Assembly: GCA_046327925.1 (NCBI GenBank) | Contig: JAXLXM010000001.1 | Location: 462,390 to 526,389, forward strand | DNA from: Candidatus Binatia bacterium | GTDB lineage: Bacteria; Desulfobacterota; Binatia; HRBIN30 | Direction of reading: 5' to 3' | Length of the DNA: 64,000 nucleotides | Shown here: positions 10,524-20,219 of the stretch, piece by piece | How the letters are laid out: each line of letters starts with the position of its first letter | Position numbering within the stretch: the stretch's first letter is position 1 | The notes under the pieces: generated by a model | What the model saw: only the letters and a program-made list of their open reading frames with translations | What the model was told of the DNA's origin: nothing | Databases searched by the model: none | Program-made: the position numbers and the translations under genes

Positions 10524-12878
10524 TCACAACCCCTTCGGTCGCGTGCCGATGACCTCGGCCGTCTCCAGCGCCGCGATTTCCTCCGCAGACAGTCCGAGGA
10601 GATCGCCGAGAATCTCGTGGTTGTGTTGCCCCAGCGTGGGCGCGGCGCAACGCAGCCAGTGCGCGACGCTCGCAAAGCGGAAGGGGACGGTGGGCAGCGG
10701 ATGTGTGCCGGCCACCGGGTGCGCACACGGCTCGAACAGGCGTCGCGCAACCATCTGCGTCTGGCGGCTGCTCATCCGCGGATCGATTGGAACCGCGGCT
10801 GGAACGCCGGCACGGATCAACCGCTCGACCGCCGCCGCCGCATCCTGGTCCGCGGCCCAACGGCTGAGTGCGGCGTCAATACGGTCGTGATGCGCCCAAC
10901 GACCCGCCAGCGTCTCTAGCGCCACATCGTCCGCCCATGCCGGATGCCCGAGAACATCCTTCAGCAACCCCCACTGCCGATCCGTGGCGATCGAAAGCGC
11001 CAGCCATTGCTCGCTGCCGCGACATGCGTACACCCCTTGCGGCGCAGCAGCGGGGGAGCGGTTTCCCATCCGTTGCAGGAGACGACCGTAGGCGGTGAAC
11101 TCGATGACTTGCTCCGCCGCGACATTGAGGGCGCTCTCCACCATGGGCACCTCGACGTGCTGGCCGACGCCAGTGGCCTCACGCACGCGCAACGCCACCA
11201 GCAGCGCGAAGGCGGCATGCATGCCGGCCAACGGATCGCACGGACCGCGCGGCACCAGCGGCGCCTCGTCCGGCCAGCCGTTGACCCACGCCAGGCCGGT
11301 CATTTGCTCCATCGTCTGCGCAAAGCCAACGCGATCGCGCCACGGCCCGGTCAGGCCAAACGCCGGCATACGCACCATGATGGCGCGCGGATTGCGCGCG
11401 TGGACGGTCTGCCAACCGAGTTCGAAGTGCTCCAGCACGCGCGGACTGAAATTCTCCACCACGGCGTCGCCCCAGTCGATGAGGCGCTTGAGCAGGGCCC
11501 GGCCCGCGGGATCGCTCAGATTGAGCGTCACACCCCGTTTGTTGGCGTTCGCGGCGAGGAAAACCTGACTGTACTCCCACCACCGCTCGCGGTCGGTGAT
11601 CCATCCGGCGAAGCGCATGCCGTCGGGATGTTGGATGGATTCGACGTGGATGACATCGGCGCCTAGGGTGGCGAGCAGATGCGCCGCCGACGGTCCCGCC
11701 CACCAACTCGTCATGTCGACAATGCGGACGCCGGCGAGCGGCAGCGTTTGTACCGTGGCGGCGGCGGCAGTCGGACACGCACGCGGCTGGATGCTGCCGC
11801 TATGTTCGCCCAACCGGGGGGCTGGCCGCGACGCGTGTGGGCGCCGGCCATCTATAAGGTAGGGACCGCAGGGATACGTAAACGTGTCGGCTGCGTCGCG
11901 GACGAACACCTGACGGTCCACCAGGTGTTCGTGCCGGCGCACGGTGTCCCCGTTGTCGATCGGCGCCACCGGGATGCGCAACGCCGCCGCGCGCTCGACG
12001 ATCTCGGCGGTGGTATGCCGGGTGGTCCATGCGCGAACGATGGCGGTCCACTCGTCGAATCGCACCTGGCGTCCGGCCGCACTGGCCAACTCGGCATCGT
12101 CGACGAGATCCGGCCGTTCGATGAGCAGCAGGAAATCGCGGAACTGTTGTCCCGAGTTGGTGCAGAAGCCGACCCAGCCGTCGGCCGTCGGCTCCACGGA
12201 TGGGGTTTCGATATTGCGCATCGGCGCAACAATCTCGGGACGGCCGGACACGCTCCAGAAGAGGTCGAGAAACGCCGTAAAGGCGATGTTGGTAGCGTCC
12301 AACAACGACAGATCGATGTGTTCGCCCCGCCCCGTCCGGCGCGCCCGGTAGATCGACGCCAGGGCAGGCGCGGCCGCCGCCGCGCCGCCGACCCATTCGC
12401 TCAGGCGGCCGCCCACCTGCACGGGCAGGCCGCCAAGCCGGCCGCGGCAGGCCAACGCACCGGACTCGGCCTGCAGCGTGAATTCCGTGACCGGGCGCCC
12501 GCTCCACGGACCGCCGCGGCCGAAGGGTGTGACCGACAGCCAAGTGAGCGAAGGGAACCGGCCGCACAGGTCCAAGGCATCGACGACGCCGATGGCCAGA
12601 TCCTCGACTAACAAATCCGCGCCGGCGATCAGATCGAGAAAACGCGCATCCTCCGGTTGGCAGACAACGGAGCGCTTCCCCGCGTTCAGAAATCGGAAGA
12701 GCGCGCCGTCTCGGTCCCCGAGGTCGGCACCAGTCGCCGACCAGCGCCGCAGCGGGTCTCCGGCCGGCGGTTCGACCTTGATGACCTCGGCGCCGGCGTC
12801 GGCGAACAGCTTGCCGCAGTACGGCCCCGGGATCCCGCTGCACAGCTCGATCACCCGCAAGTCATGCAACCAGGGCAT
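10524..12878 (-). CDS. Tandem-domain family III CoA-transferase (two CaiB/BaiF domains in one chain)
   Basis: 784 aa. N-half LRVIELCSGIPGPYCGKLFADAGAEVIKVEPPAGDPLRRW. Second half LAGVRIVDMTSWWAGPSAAHLLATLGADVIHVESIQHPDGMR. Each half also has the ...TG.GQ/E.I/V... segment. Confidence 0.9.
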   Translation of the reverse strand: MPWLHDLRVIELCSGIPGPYCGKLFADAGAEVIKVEPPAGDPLRRWSATGADLGDRDGALFRFLNAGKRSVVCQPEDARFLDLIAGADLLVEDLAIGVVDALDLCGRFPSLTWLSVTPFGRGGPWSGRPVTEFTLQAESGALACRGRLGGLPVQVGGRLSEWVGGAAAAAPALASIYRARRTGRGEHIDLSLLDATNIAFTAFLDLFWSVSGRPEIVAPMRNIETPSVEPTADGWVGFCTNSGQQFRDFLLLIERPDLVDDAELASAAGRQVRFDEWTAIVRAWTTRHTTAEIVERAAALRIPVAPIDNGDTVRRHEHLVDRQVFVRDAADTFTYPCGPYLIDGRRPHASRPAPRLGEHSGSIQPRACPTAAAATVQTLPLAGVRIVDMTSWWAGPSAAHLLATLGADVIHVESIQHPDGMRFAGWITDRERWWEYSQVFLAANANKRGVTLNLSDPAGRALLKRLIDWGDAVVENFSPRVLEHFELGWQTVHARNPRAIMVRMPAFGLTGPWRDRVGFAQTMEQMTGLAWVNGWPDEAPLVPRGPCDPLAGMHAAFALLVALRVREATGVGQHVEVPMVESALNVAAEQVIEFTAYGRLLQRMGNRSPAAAPQGVYACRGSEQWLALSIATDRQWGLLKDVLGHPAWADDVALETLAGRWAHHDRIDAALSRWAADQDAAAAVERLIRAGVPAAVPIDPRMSSRQTQMVARRLFEPCAHPVAGTHPLPTVPFRFASVAHWLRCAAPTLGQHNHEILGDLLGLSAEEIAALETAEVIGTRPKGL

Positions 12879-12917
12879 GGCGTCACCGGCAACCGACCGT
12901 CTGTGGACTCGTGCCGC

Positions 12918-15431
12918 TCAACCCTCCGCGAAGTTATACGTCAACTGCAGTCCGAAGGTGCGCGGGAAGCCGTACGAGTTTTGCGCCCACCCGAGCGCCT
13001 GCCCGAAATCGACGCCGGAGATCCGGTATTTGCGATCGAACAGGTTGCGGCTGAAAACGGCAACGTCGAGACTGCCCTTCTGCAGCGGGATGCCGGCGAA
13101 CTGGATCCGGCCATCGACCACGGCGTAGTTCGGGGCTTTCATCGCTTGGGCGCCACGGGTCTGATCGTTGGGGATGAACGTTTGCTTGTCCTGCCAGAAC
13201 ACGTCGAGCTGCGACGACAACGTTCCGGTGGTGGTGGGCGGTGCCGTATACGAGAGGCTGAGTGCCGCCTGGTGATCCGGGGTAAACGCGAACGCGCGCT
13301 TGCTGGCGACGTTCTCGGTCACCGGCACGCAGGGGGGTGCGGGGGCCGGGCACTGCGGGCCGTTCTCGAAGACGGGTTGATTGCTGGCGTCGAACTTCTG
13401 GTCGTTCCATTCGAGGAACTTGGGCAACGTCAAGCCGTACGTCGCCGTCACCTCGAGGCCACGGAACGGCACCGCCGTCAATTCCAGCTCGCTGCCCCAG
13501 ATCTCCGCCGAATCGACGTTCGAGACGAAGCTGAGCACACCCGCTTGCGGGCTGGCACGGAACACCCCTTGTTGCAGATCCTTGTAATCGCTGTAGTAGC
13601 CGGCGGCATTGAAGCGCAGCCGGTTGTCGAACCACTGCGACTTGAAGCCCAATTCGTACTGCAGCAGCTTCTCCGGCTCGAAAGGAATGGCGAAGGCGCG
13701 CGGATCGGTGGTGGCGCCATTGAAGCCGCCGCTCTTGAAGCCGCGCGCGATGCGGCCGTAGATCATGAGCTCGTCGGTCGCCTGGTAGGTGATGTTCGCC
13801 ATCGGTGAGATCCCCGGCGCGCCAGAGCCATGAATGCCGCCAAAGGCCTTACCGCGTTCCGACCGCCACGTCTGCAACTGCGGGAATGCGCTGGCAGGCA
13901 GGAGTGGATTGTTGCACACGTTCACCGGCCGGCCCCCAATCAGCGAGGTGATCGTGACGCACCGGGAGTAGCGGTCCATATGCACCTGCTCTTGCGAGTA
14001 GCGAATGCCGGCCGTCACGCTGAGTTTGTCGTTGAGGATGGGGGGCGTGACGGTGACCTGACCGAACGGTGCGTACGAATCGGTGCTCACGTTAATGGTG
14101 GAGGGCAGATTCGTCGCCCCCGCCATGAACACTTGAAACTGATCCTGGTCCGCGTGTTCGCCGTAGTAATAGCCCCCGAGCACGTAATGGACGCGGGGTG
14201 CGGTGCCCACCAATTGCAGTTCTTCACTCCACTGCTTGACCGTGTTCACCGATCCAAAGTCGGCGATATGCAGGGGGCTGCCGTCCGAATCCTGCGCCTG
14301 TTGATGGAAGAAGTGGCGATACGACGAGACCGAGCGCACCGTCACATTGCCGAGCATGCCCACCTCGCCGACATCGTAGGTCGCGGTCAGGATGTGCATA
14401 CGATGATTGCCGTCATCCATCCGCCGCGAACATTTCGTAATGTCCGCTAGATTGCAGACGACGTTGTTGCCGATGGCATCCACACGATTCGTCCGCACAT
14501 AGGGCGTCAGATCGAACGGTTTTCCCGGCGAGACCGGCGAACCGGGGTAGATGTAGGTGGCTTGCACCTTGGAGACGCCCTGCCGGTAACGGTGATACTC
14601 GCCGGAATAGTCCACCGTCAGCGGCGCGATCGGCTGCCAGCGCACGGCGGTCATGGTGAACACCCGGCTCAGATCGTCCAACCACTTGCTGCCGGTCGCC
14701 GGGACACTCGTGGGAGAGCGATTGGTGGAATACCCGTCGTGGGACTTGTACATCACGTTCTGCCGCAGGCTGAGAGTTCCAAGCGCCTCGGATTGGAAGA
14801 ATCCGTTCTTGCCGACGATGGGCACGTTCGCGGTGATGCGGCCCTTGAAATAATCGAAATTGCCCACCTCGGTTCGGGCAGTGATGGCACGTTCCTCCGT
14901 GGGCTTCTTGGTGATGAAGTTGATCGCGCCGGCGATGGTGTTGCGGCCGAACAAGGTGCCCTGCGGCCCGCGCAGGACTTCGACCCGCTCGAGGTCCTCG
15001 AGATCCAGGTTCGATCCCTGGATCTTCGAAATATAAGCGCCGTCGACATACATTCCGGCAGCCGTTTGGAACGACATGTTCGGATTGGCCTGTCCGACGC
15101 CGCGGATGGCGATCGACGTTCCCGAATCGCTCCCCGAATTGGTCTGGATGCGCACGTTCGGCGCCATCTGCCCGATGGCCGCCACATCGGTCACGTTGCG
15201 CGCATCCAACGCTTCGCTGGTGAGGGCAGTGACCGAAACCGGAACCTCCTGGATGTTCTCCTCGCGCTTCTGGGCCACCACCGTGATCTCCTCGATCTCG
15301 GTCTCGACTTTCGGCGCGGCGCCCTTTCCCCCTCTGGCCGCTTGCGCCGACGTCGTCGAAGGCACGACAAGCGCGCCAACGACCACCAGGCCAACGGCGG
15401 CACGTATCGAGTTCCTGATTCTCCCCGTCAT
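12918..15431 (-). CDS. TonB-dependent receptor
   Basis: ORF 12918..15506 trimmed to ATG 15431 (MTGRIRNSIRAAVGLVVVGALVVPSTTSAQA signal peptide). Collinear paralog of 687..3548 (ETEIEEITVVAQKREENIQEVP, VEVLRGPQGTLFGRNTIAGAINF) but ends ...FGLQLTYNFAEG-stop with no OmpA tail. Confidence 0.92.
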   Translation of the reverse strand: MTGRIRNSIRAAVGLVVVGALVVPSTTSAQAARGGKGAAPKVETEIEEITVVAQKREENIQEVPVSVTALTSEALDARNVTDVAAIGQMAPNVRIQTNSGSDSGTSIAIRGVGQANPNMSFQTAAGMYVDGAYISKIQGSNLDLEDLERVEVLRGPQGTLFGRNTIAGAINFITKKPTEERAITARTEVGNFDYFKGRITANVPIVGKNGFFQSEALGTLSLRQNVMYKSHDGYSTNRSPTSVPATGSKWLDDLSRVFTMTAVRWQPIAPLTVDYSGEYHRYRQGVSKVQATYIYPGSPVSPGKPFDLTPYVRTNRVDAIGNNVVCNLADITKCSRRMDDGNHRMHILTATYDVGEVGMLGNVTVRSVSSYRHFFHQQAQDSDGSPLHIADFGSVNTVKQWSEELQLVGTAPRVHYVLGGYYYGEHADQDQFQVFMAGATNLPSTINVSTDSYAPFGQVTVTPPILNDKLSVTAGIRYSQEQVHMDRYSRCVTITSLIGGRPVNVCNNPLLPASAFPQLQTWRSERGKAFGGIHGSGAPGISPMANITYQATDELMIYGRIARGFKSGGFNGATTDPRAFAIPFEPEKLLQYELGFKSQWFDNRLRFNAAGYYSDYKDLQQGVFRASPQAGVLSFVSNVDSAEIWGSELELTAVPFRGLEVTATYGLTLPKFLEWNDQKFDASNQPVFENGPQCPAPAPPCVPVTENVASKRAFAFTPDHQAALSLSYTAPPTTTGTLSSQLDVFWQDKQTFIPNDQTRGAQAMKAPNYAVVDGRIQFAGIPLQKGSLDVAVFSRNLFDRKYRISGVDFGQALGWAQNSYGFPRTFGLQLTYNFAEG

Positions 15432-15559
15432 CTCTTCACCCCTTCCCGCGAGCGGCTGCGGCCATCGATCGGTCCACGTCCACCACGCGCTGCGCGGACG
15501 CCGCACGCGAACCGCGGCGCAGCACGCCTGTTGTGCTCTCTTTGAATGGCCTGGCGCCG

Positions 15560-15588
15560 CCTAAATCATAGCGGTCTTAGGTAGTCAA
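15560..15588 (-). promoter_or_regulatory. Candidate sigma-70 promoter for the second TBDR
   Basis: Minus strand reads TTGACT (15588..15583), 17 nt, TTTAGG (15565..15560), preceded by an A6 run. The -10 match is weak. Confidence 0.3.
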
Positions 15589-15824
15589 TTGGTTTTTTCG
15601 CGCCGGTGCGTGCGGCCGCACGCGCACGGCTCCGCGGCTCGGAGCCGGTTCTGAGGGGCCGGTAGTGAGACATCCATGTTACGCACCCACGTCGCCCGCG
15701 CACGGGAGCGGTAGTTCTTGGCTTAACGTGGGTGTCTCAGCAGGCCCACGGACCTCGTCCGCGCCGGTTCCGCCGGCTTCGTGTCGATGCTCCCCCGTTT
15801 CTCCCGCCCGCTGGATACCCACAC

Positions 15825-16634
15825 TCAGTTCACGTACCCGGCACCGCCGCCATCCACGCGCAGCGACGCGCCGGTGATGTAGGCAGCATGTTCCGACACG
15901 AGGAAGCAGGCTGCGGCGGCTACCTCTTCCACCTTGGCGGCCCGCCCCAGTGTGATCGTGGAGCGCCACACGTCGCGCAGTACGCGGCGTTCGAGCGCCG
16001 TACCGGTCTCGGTGATCCCGTGCGCCTGGGCCGCGCTCCGTATCGTGGCCTGCGTGTTGGCCGTCATCACCAGACCGGAAATCAGCGTATTGACCGTCAC
16101 GCCGCAATCGCCGAGCTCGCGCGACAGCGAGCACGCCACCGTATGTAGCGCCAGCTTTGCGGCCGAATACTCGGGATGCATCGCCATCGGCTTGAATGCC
16201 CCGCCGGTACTGATGTTCAGCACTCTGCCCCAGTGACGCGCGCGCATGGCGGGGACCAGGGCGCGGATCAACTGCACCGCATAGATCGTCGAGAACTGGT
16301 ACTGTCGCACCCAGTTCTCGATCGGGACGTCGAACCAGTTGTGGACGGATAGCGTCGCGCCGGCACTGTTGATCAGGATATCGATCGGACCCGTACCGAG
16401 CGCCTGCGCGGCGAGCCGTTCGACCTCCCGCGGATCGTCCAACGCGCCGATCAGTGGGGACGCCTTGCCGCCGCTGGCGCGGATTCGCTCGACGACCGCG
16501 TCGGCGTTCTTCGCGCTGCGGCCGTGCACAATCACCTCGACCCCTTCGTTCGCGAGCATCGCGGCGACGCCGGCGCCAATGCCGCTGCTCGATCCGGCAA
16601 TCAGTGCCCGGCGGCCCTCAATCCCCAGTTTCAT
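15825..16634 (-). CDS. SDR-family oxidoreductase
   Basis: 269 aa. N-terminal Rossmann motif RRALIAGSSSGIGAGVAAMLANEGVEVIVHGR, YSAAK catalytic motif, GGAGGAGA RBS. Confidence 0.9.
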   Translation of the reverse strand: MKLGIEGRRALIAGSSSGIGAGVAAMLANEGVEVIVHGRSAKNADAVVERIRASGGKASPLIGALDDPREVERLAAQALGTGPIDILINSAGATLSVHNWFDVPIENWVRQYQFSTIYAVQLIRALVPAMRARHWGRVLNISTGGAFKPMAMHPEYSAAKLALHTVACSLSRELGDCGVTVNTLISGLVMTANTQATIRSAAQAHGITETGTALERRVLRDVWRSTITLGRAAKVEEVAAAACFLVSEHAAYITGASLRVDGGGAGYVN

Positions 16635-16652
16635 TTCACCGTCTCCTCCCCG

Positions 16653-19118
16653 CTAGTAAATCACCTGTCGCTCGATCAGCTCGCGGTAACGAGCCTCCGA
16701 CAGACCGAGCAAGTCCTTGAACACGCGCTCGTTATCGCAACCGCGGGCCGGCCCCGGCCGGACGCGCGGCTCGCTGCGGCTGCACTTCACGTACGCCCCA
16801 TAGATGGTTTCCGCGAATCCGAGCGGGTGCGTCACGTCGATGAAGGTCCCGCGCGCCCGGAAGTGGATGTCATTTCGCAGATCCGCGACGTCGAGGACCG
16901 GCGTGGCCGCCACACCGTGCTCTTGGAGGCGCCGGGCCAGCTCGTAGTCGTCGCCATCCTTTGTCCACGCTGCCAGATGCGCATGAAGCGCGTCGATGTC
17001 GCGCAGCCGGCCCGGGGCCTCCAGCAGCGTCGGAGCCAGCGCCCAGGCGGGACGCCCCAGCGCGGCCACGAGTCCCCGCCATTCCTCGTCCGTGTGGACC
17101 GCAATGGCAATCCAGCGGTCCTCGCCGCGGCAGCGGAAGAGGCCGTGCGGCGCCGCAACCCGCAGCGGATGCCGGTTACCGATCGGTCCGGCCACGCGCC
17201 CATTCCAAAAGTAGTCCATGAAGGCCGGCCCGACCACGTGCATGAAGAATTCCTGCTGCGAGCATTCGATGTGCTGGCCCCGGCCGGTTAGCCGGCGATG
17301 GTGGTCCGCCAGCATCACGGCGAGGGCGCCAACGACCCCGCCGAGCATATCGGCCGGGGCGGTCTCCATTCCCTGCGGCCGGGACGAACCGCGATAACCG
17401 GTAACGGAGTCCAACCCCGAGATGCACGCCAGGCTATTGCCGTACGTGCGCAGCTTGTGCAGCGGGCCCGACAGTCCGGCGGCCGGCATCGAGAGCATGA
17501 TCAGATCCGGCCGCACCGATCGCAGCCGCTCGTAGTCGAGGTTCATCCGCCGCATGACCCCGGGACTGAAGTTCTCGAGCGCCACATCGCACCGCGCCAC
17601 GAACTGGAGGGCCAGTTGCTGCGCTTCGGGTCGCTTCAGGTTGAGGGTAATGCTCCCGTTTCCCGCCCAGCACGCATGGTTCTGAATGCTGCGGTCCGGG
17701 TGCGGTACGCCCCGATAAAATGGCGGGACCTTGCGCTGGAAATCGAGCTGCGCGTCGGACTCGATCTTGTACACCTCGGCACCGAGGAAGGACAGCAGTT
17801 GCCCCGCCATGGGGCCGACCAACCCCCAACCGAAATTCGCCACCCGCATGCCGCTGAGCGGGAGCCGAGCGCCATTCGGCGGCGCACAGGGCACGGCGAG
17901 GACAGGCGCCGAGGAAGACGCGGGCCGGCGCTCCGCGAACACCTCGGCGTTGTGCTCTCCGAGCAGCGGCGCCCCCGCTTGCGGCCCGCCCGGGCAGTCC
18001 GGCAGGCGCATGGGTGCGCCCAGGGTGCGGACGCGCCCCAGGGTGGGATGGCGCAGGTCCACCCAGTAACCGCGCTCTTCGAGATGGGGGAGACGGGCGA
18101 GATCGGCCATGTCGTAAAGCGCCGTCGCCGGGCATCCCTGAGCCTGACAGAGTTCCATGATCGCGTCTTTCGAGCGCGGCAGCGTCCACTGCTCGATCAT
18201 GGCGTCGATAAAGTCGCGGTTCTCGCCGCGGGAGCGGAGCTCGAAGAACAGCTCGGGCATGGCCCACTCGGGATCGCCCATGGCGCGGCAAAGCCCCTTC
18301 CATTGATGGGTCTCCAGCGCGATGATGAAGACCCAGCCGTCCTTGCACGGATAGATACGGGCCGGACAGGCCAACCCCATCCCGCGGCCGGTGCGGCGGT
18401 GGTAGACGCCGTCTTGCACATAGCCGCCGATGTTCAAGGAGCCGACGACGAGCGCGGCCAGGACCTCCGCCGAGGAGCAGTCGATGTGCTGTCCGCCGCC
18501 AACCTGCTCGCGTCCAAGGAGCGCGGCGAGCCCCCAGGCGGCGGCCGCGCAACCGCCCATGAAGTCCGCCAGGAACGTCCCGTTCGCCAGCGGCTCCCGG
18601 TCGGGAAGGCCGCAGTAGCGGCTGCCGGTACCGGAGAGATGGTAGGCATTCAAATCGTAACCGTTCCAGTCCGAATACGGTCCCGTCTGCCCGAAGGGCG
18701 TGCACGAAATCATCACCAGGTTCGGATTCAGGCGGGCGAGCGTGTCGTAGTCGAGTGCCCGCGCCCGTAGACGCCGCGGGCGGCTGCTGTCGATCAACAC
18801 GTCCGCCGCGCGCACCAGATCGAGCAGCCGTTCCCGGCCCCCTGGGGTGTCCACATCAAGAGCGACGCTGCGTTTGTTCGTATTGAGGAAGAAGAAGAGA
18901 CCGCTCTTCTCGAAGTCGGCCTGGTCGTTCGGGAACGGCCCCCAGCCGCGCGTCACATCGCCCGTTCCCGGCGGTTCCACCTTGATGACGTCGGCCCCGT
19001 AGTCGGCGAAGAGCTTCCCGCAGTACGGGCCGGCGACTCCCTGGGCCAGCTCGATCACGCGGATCCCATCCAGTGCGCCGCGACGCCGCGGTTTCCTTGC
19101 CTGCGAAATCTTGGTCAT
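16653..19118 (-). CDS. Tandem-domain family III CoA-transferase (second fusion paralog)
   Basis: ORF 16653..19178. Start chosen at ATG 19118 (MTKISQARKPRRRGALDGIRVIELAQGVAGPYCGKLFADYGADVIKVEPPGTGD); ATG 19178, 6 nt after the upstream stop, is an alternative. Second domain LSGMRVANFGWGLVGPMAGQLLSFLGAEVYKIES. Confidence 0.88.
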   Translation of the reverse strand: MTKISQARKPRRRGALDGIRVIELAQGVAGPYCGKLFADYGADVIKVEPPGTGDVTRGWGPFPNDQADFEKSGLFFFLNTNKRSVALDVDTPGGRERLLDLVRAADVLIDSSRPRRLRARALDYDTLARLNPNLVMISCTPFGQTGPYSDWNGYDLNAYHLSGTGSRYCGLPDREPLANGTFLADFMGGCAAAAWGLAALLGREQVGGGQHIDCSSAEVLAALVVGSLNIGGYVQDGVYHRRTGRGMGLACPARIYPCKDGWVFIIALETHQWKGLCRAMGDPEWAMPELFFELRSRGENRDFIDAMIEQWTLPRSKDAIMELCQAQGCPATALYDMADLARLPHLEERGYWVDLRHPTLGRVRTLGAPMRLPDCPGGPQAGAPLLGEHNAEVFAERRPASSSAPVLAVPCAPPNGARLPLSGMRVANFGWGLVGPMAGQLLSFLGAEVYKIESDAQLDFQRKVPPFYRGVPHPDRSIQNHACWAGNGSITLNLKRPEAQQLALQFVARCDVALENFSPGVMRRMNLDYERLRSVRPDLIMLSMPAAGLSGPLHKLRTYGNSLACISGLDSVTGYRGSSRPQGMETAPADMLGGVVGALAVMLADHHRRLTGRGQHIECSQQEFFMHVVGPAFMDYFWNGRVAGPIGNRHPLRVAAPHGLFRCRGEDRWIAIAVHTDEEWRGLVAALGRPAWALAPTLLEAPGRLRDIDALHAHLAAWTKDGDDYELARRLQEHGVAATPVLDVADLRNDIHFRARGTFIDVTHPLGFAETIYGAYVKCSRSEPRVRPGPARGCDNERVFKDLLGLSEARYRELIERQVIY

Positions 19119-19184
19119 TGCAGGTACGACGTCACTACCATGCGGTTCGCCGAATCGCATTCGGCGCTTCACCGGCATGACGCA

Positions 19185-20204
19185 TTACGTATGCAGCCGC
19201 GCGATCACCTTCGCGACTTCGACGTCGAGAGCGGGATCGTCAGGCAACGGGAAGGAAACATTGTCGGCAAGTCCGCTATAACGCTCCCGCAGCACGCCGG
19301 CAATCTCGCCGTAGGGCGCGGTGGCGATCAACACATCCAACATCTCGTCGGTGATGACGGGAGTCAGGTCCTGCCAGCGTCCGTCACGGACGAGTTGGTT
19401 CAAGCGCTTGCCGCGATCCTGCCAGCCATACAGCTCGAGGCTCGGCCAGTAGTTTGGGGTCGAGTACAAGATCGCCAGCGTCGCGCGCAGCTTTTCCCGG
19501 CTGTCTCGCGTCGCCCGCTCGTCCACGCCTGTCGCGCACAGGCAGTTGATGCGCAGCTCGACCGCGCTCAGGGGACGCCCGGCGCGCGCCGCGCCGCGCG
19601 CCAGATTCGGCAGCACCCGTTCGCGGAGGAAGCGCGGGGCGACGTTGGTCGGATGGGTGGCCAGCGCGTCGCCAACCTCGCCGGCCACGGCGGTGATGAA
19701 GGGCCCGATCCCGGCCAGGCTGATGGGAATATCGGGATGCTCGATGGGAGGGGGCTTGACGAAGTCCTGCATCCGCGTGAATCGATAGTCTTTGCCTTCG
19801 AAGTTGAGCGGCACATCGTTCTGCCAGCAGTTGAAGATCGCCCGCAGGGCGCGCACGTACTCGCGCATGCGCGGCGCCGGCGGCGTCCACCGCTCGCTGT
19901 AGCGGCGGATGATATTGCCGCGCACCTGCGGGCCGAGTCCAAGCTCGAAGCGCGTCCCGAACGCGCGTCGCAGATCCCACGCCGCGATGGCGACGATCAT
20001 CGGGCTGCGGGCGAAGGCCACCAGCGCGGGAATACTGACGGTGATGCGGCTGGTGGCACTGAGCGCGGCCCACGCACCCAGGAAGCCGTCCGCAACCTGG
20101 TCGGCGACCTTGAACCCGTCAAAGCCGAGCGCCTCGGCACGCCGGGCATAGGCGCCCAACTGCGTGACTGGCATGCGGAAATCGGTTGTGGTCCAGACCT
20201 TCAT
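19185..20204 (-). CDS. Luciferase-like monooxygenase family, probable F420-dependent oxidoreductase
   Basis: ORF 19185..20210, ATG at 20204 (MKVWTTTDF...). Motifs AEALGFDGFKVADQ, VAFARSPMIVAIAAWDLRR, FELGLGPQVRGNIIRRY and PRMREYVRALRAIF resemble the LLM class F420 subfamily as I recall it. Confidence 0.8.
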   Translation of the reverse strand: MKVWTTTDFRMPVTQLGAYARRAEALGFDGFKVADQVADGFLGAWAALSATSRITVSIPALVAFARSPMIVAIAAWDLRRAFGTRFELGLGPQVRGNIIRRYSERWTPPAPRMREYVRALRAIFNCWQNDVPLNFEGKDYRFTRMQDFVKPPPIEHPDIPISLAGIGPFITAVAGEVGDALATHPTNVAPRFLRERVLPNLARGAARAGRPLSAVELRINCLCATGVDERATRDSREKLRATLAILYSTPNYWPSLELYGWQDRGKRLNQLVRDGRWQDLTPVITDEMLDVLIATAPYGEIAGVLRERYSGLADNVSFPLPDDPALDVEVAKVIARLHT

Positions 20205-20219
20205 GAGCACGACTCTCGC

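Noticed and set aside
15432-15824. Riboswitch (for example cobalamin) in the long leaders of the TonB-dependent receptor genes (also 3549..3854).
   Set aside because: The leaders are GC-rich with hairpins, but I found no B12-box-like element (AGYCMGG.G.CC.GCC / GCCACUG), and they are short once the putative promoters are placed.
17298-18770. Very long ORFs antisense or out of frame to called genes (for example 17298..18770 +, 22917..24767 +, 25286..26689 +, 27556..28872 +, 45379..46470 -, 49366..50826 -, 51412..52851 -, 5978..6886 +).
   Set aside because: Their composition is dominated by Arg/Ala/Gly/Pro with no family motifs. Each is fully overlapped by an ORF on the other strand or frame that carries clear conserved motifs. 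They are typical shadow ORFs of high-GC DNA.
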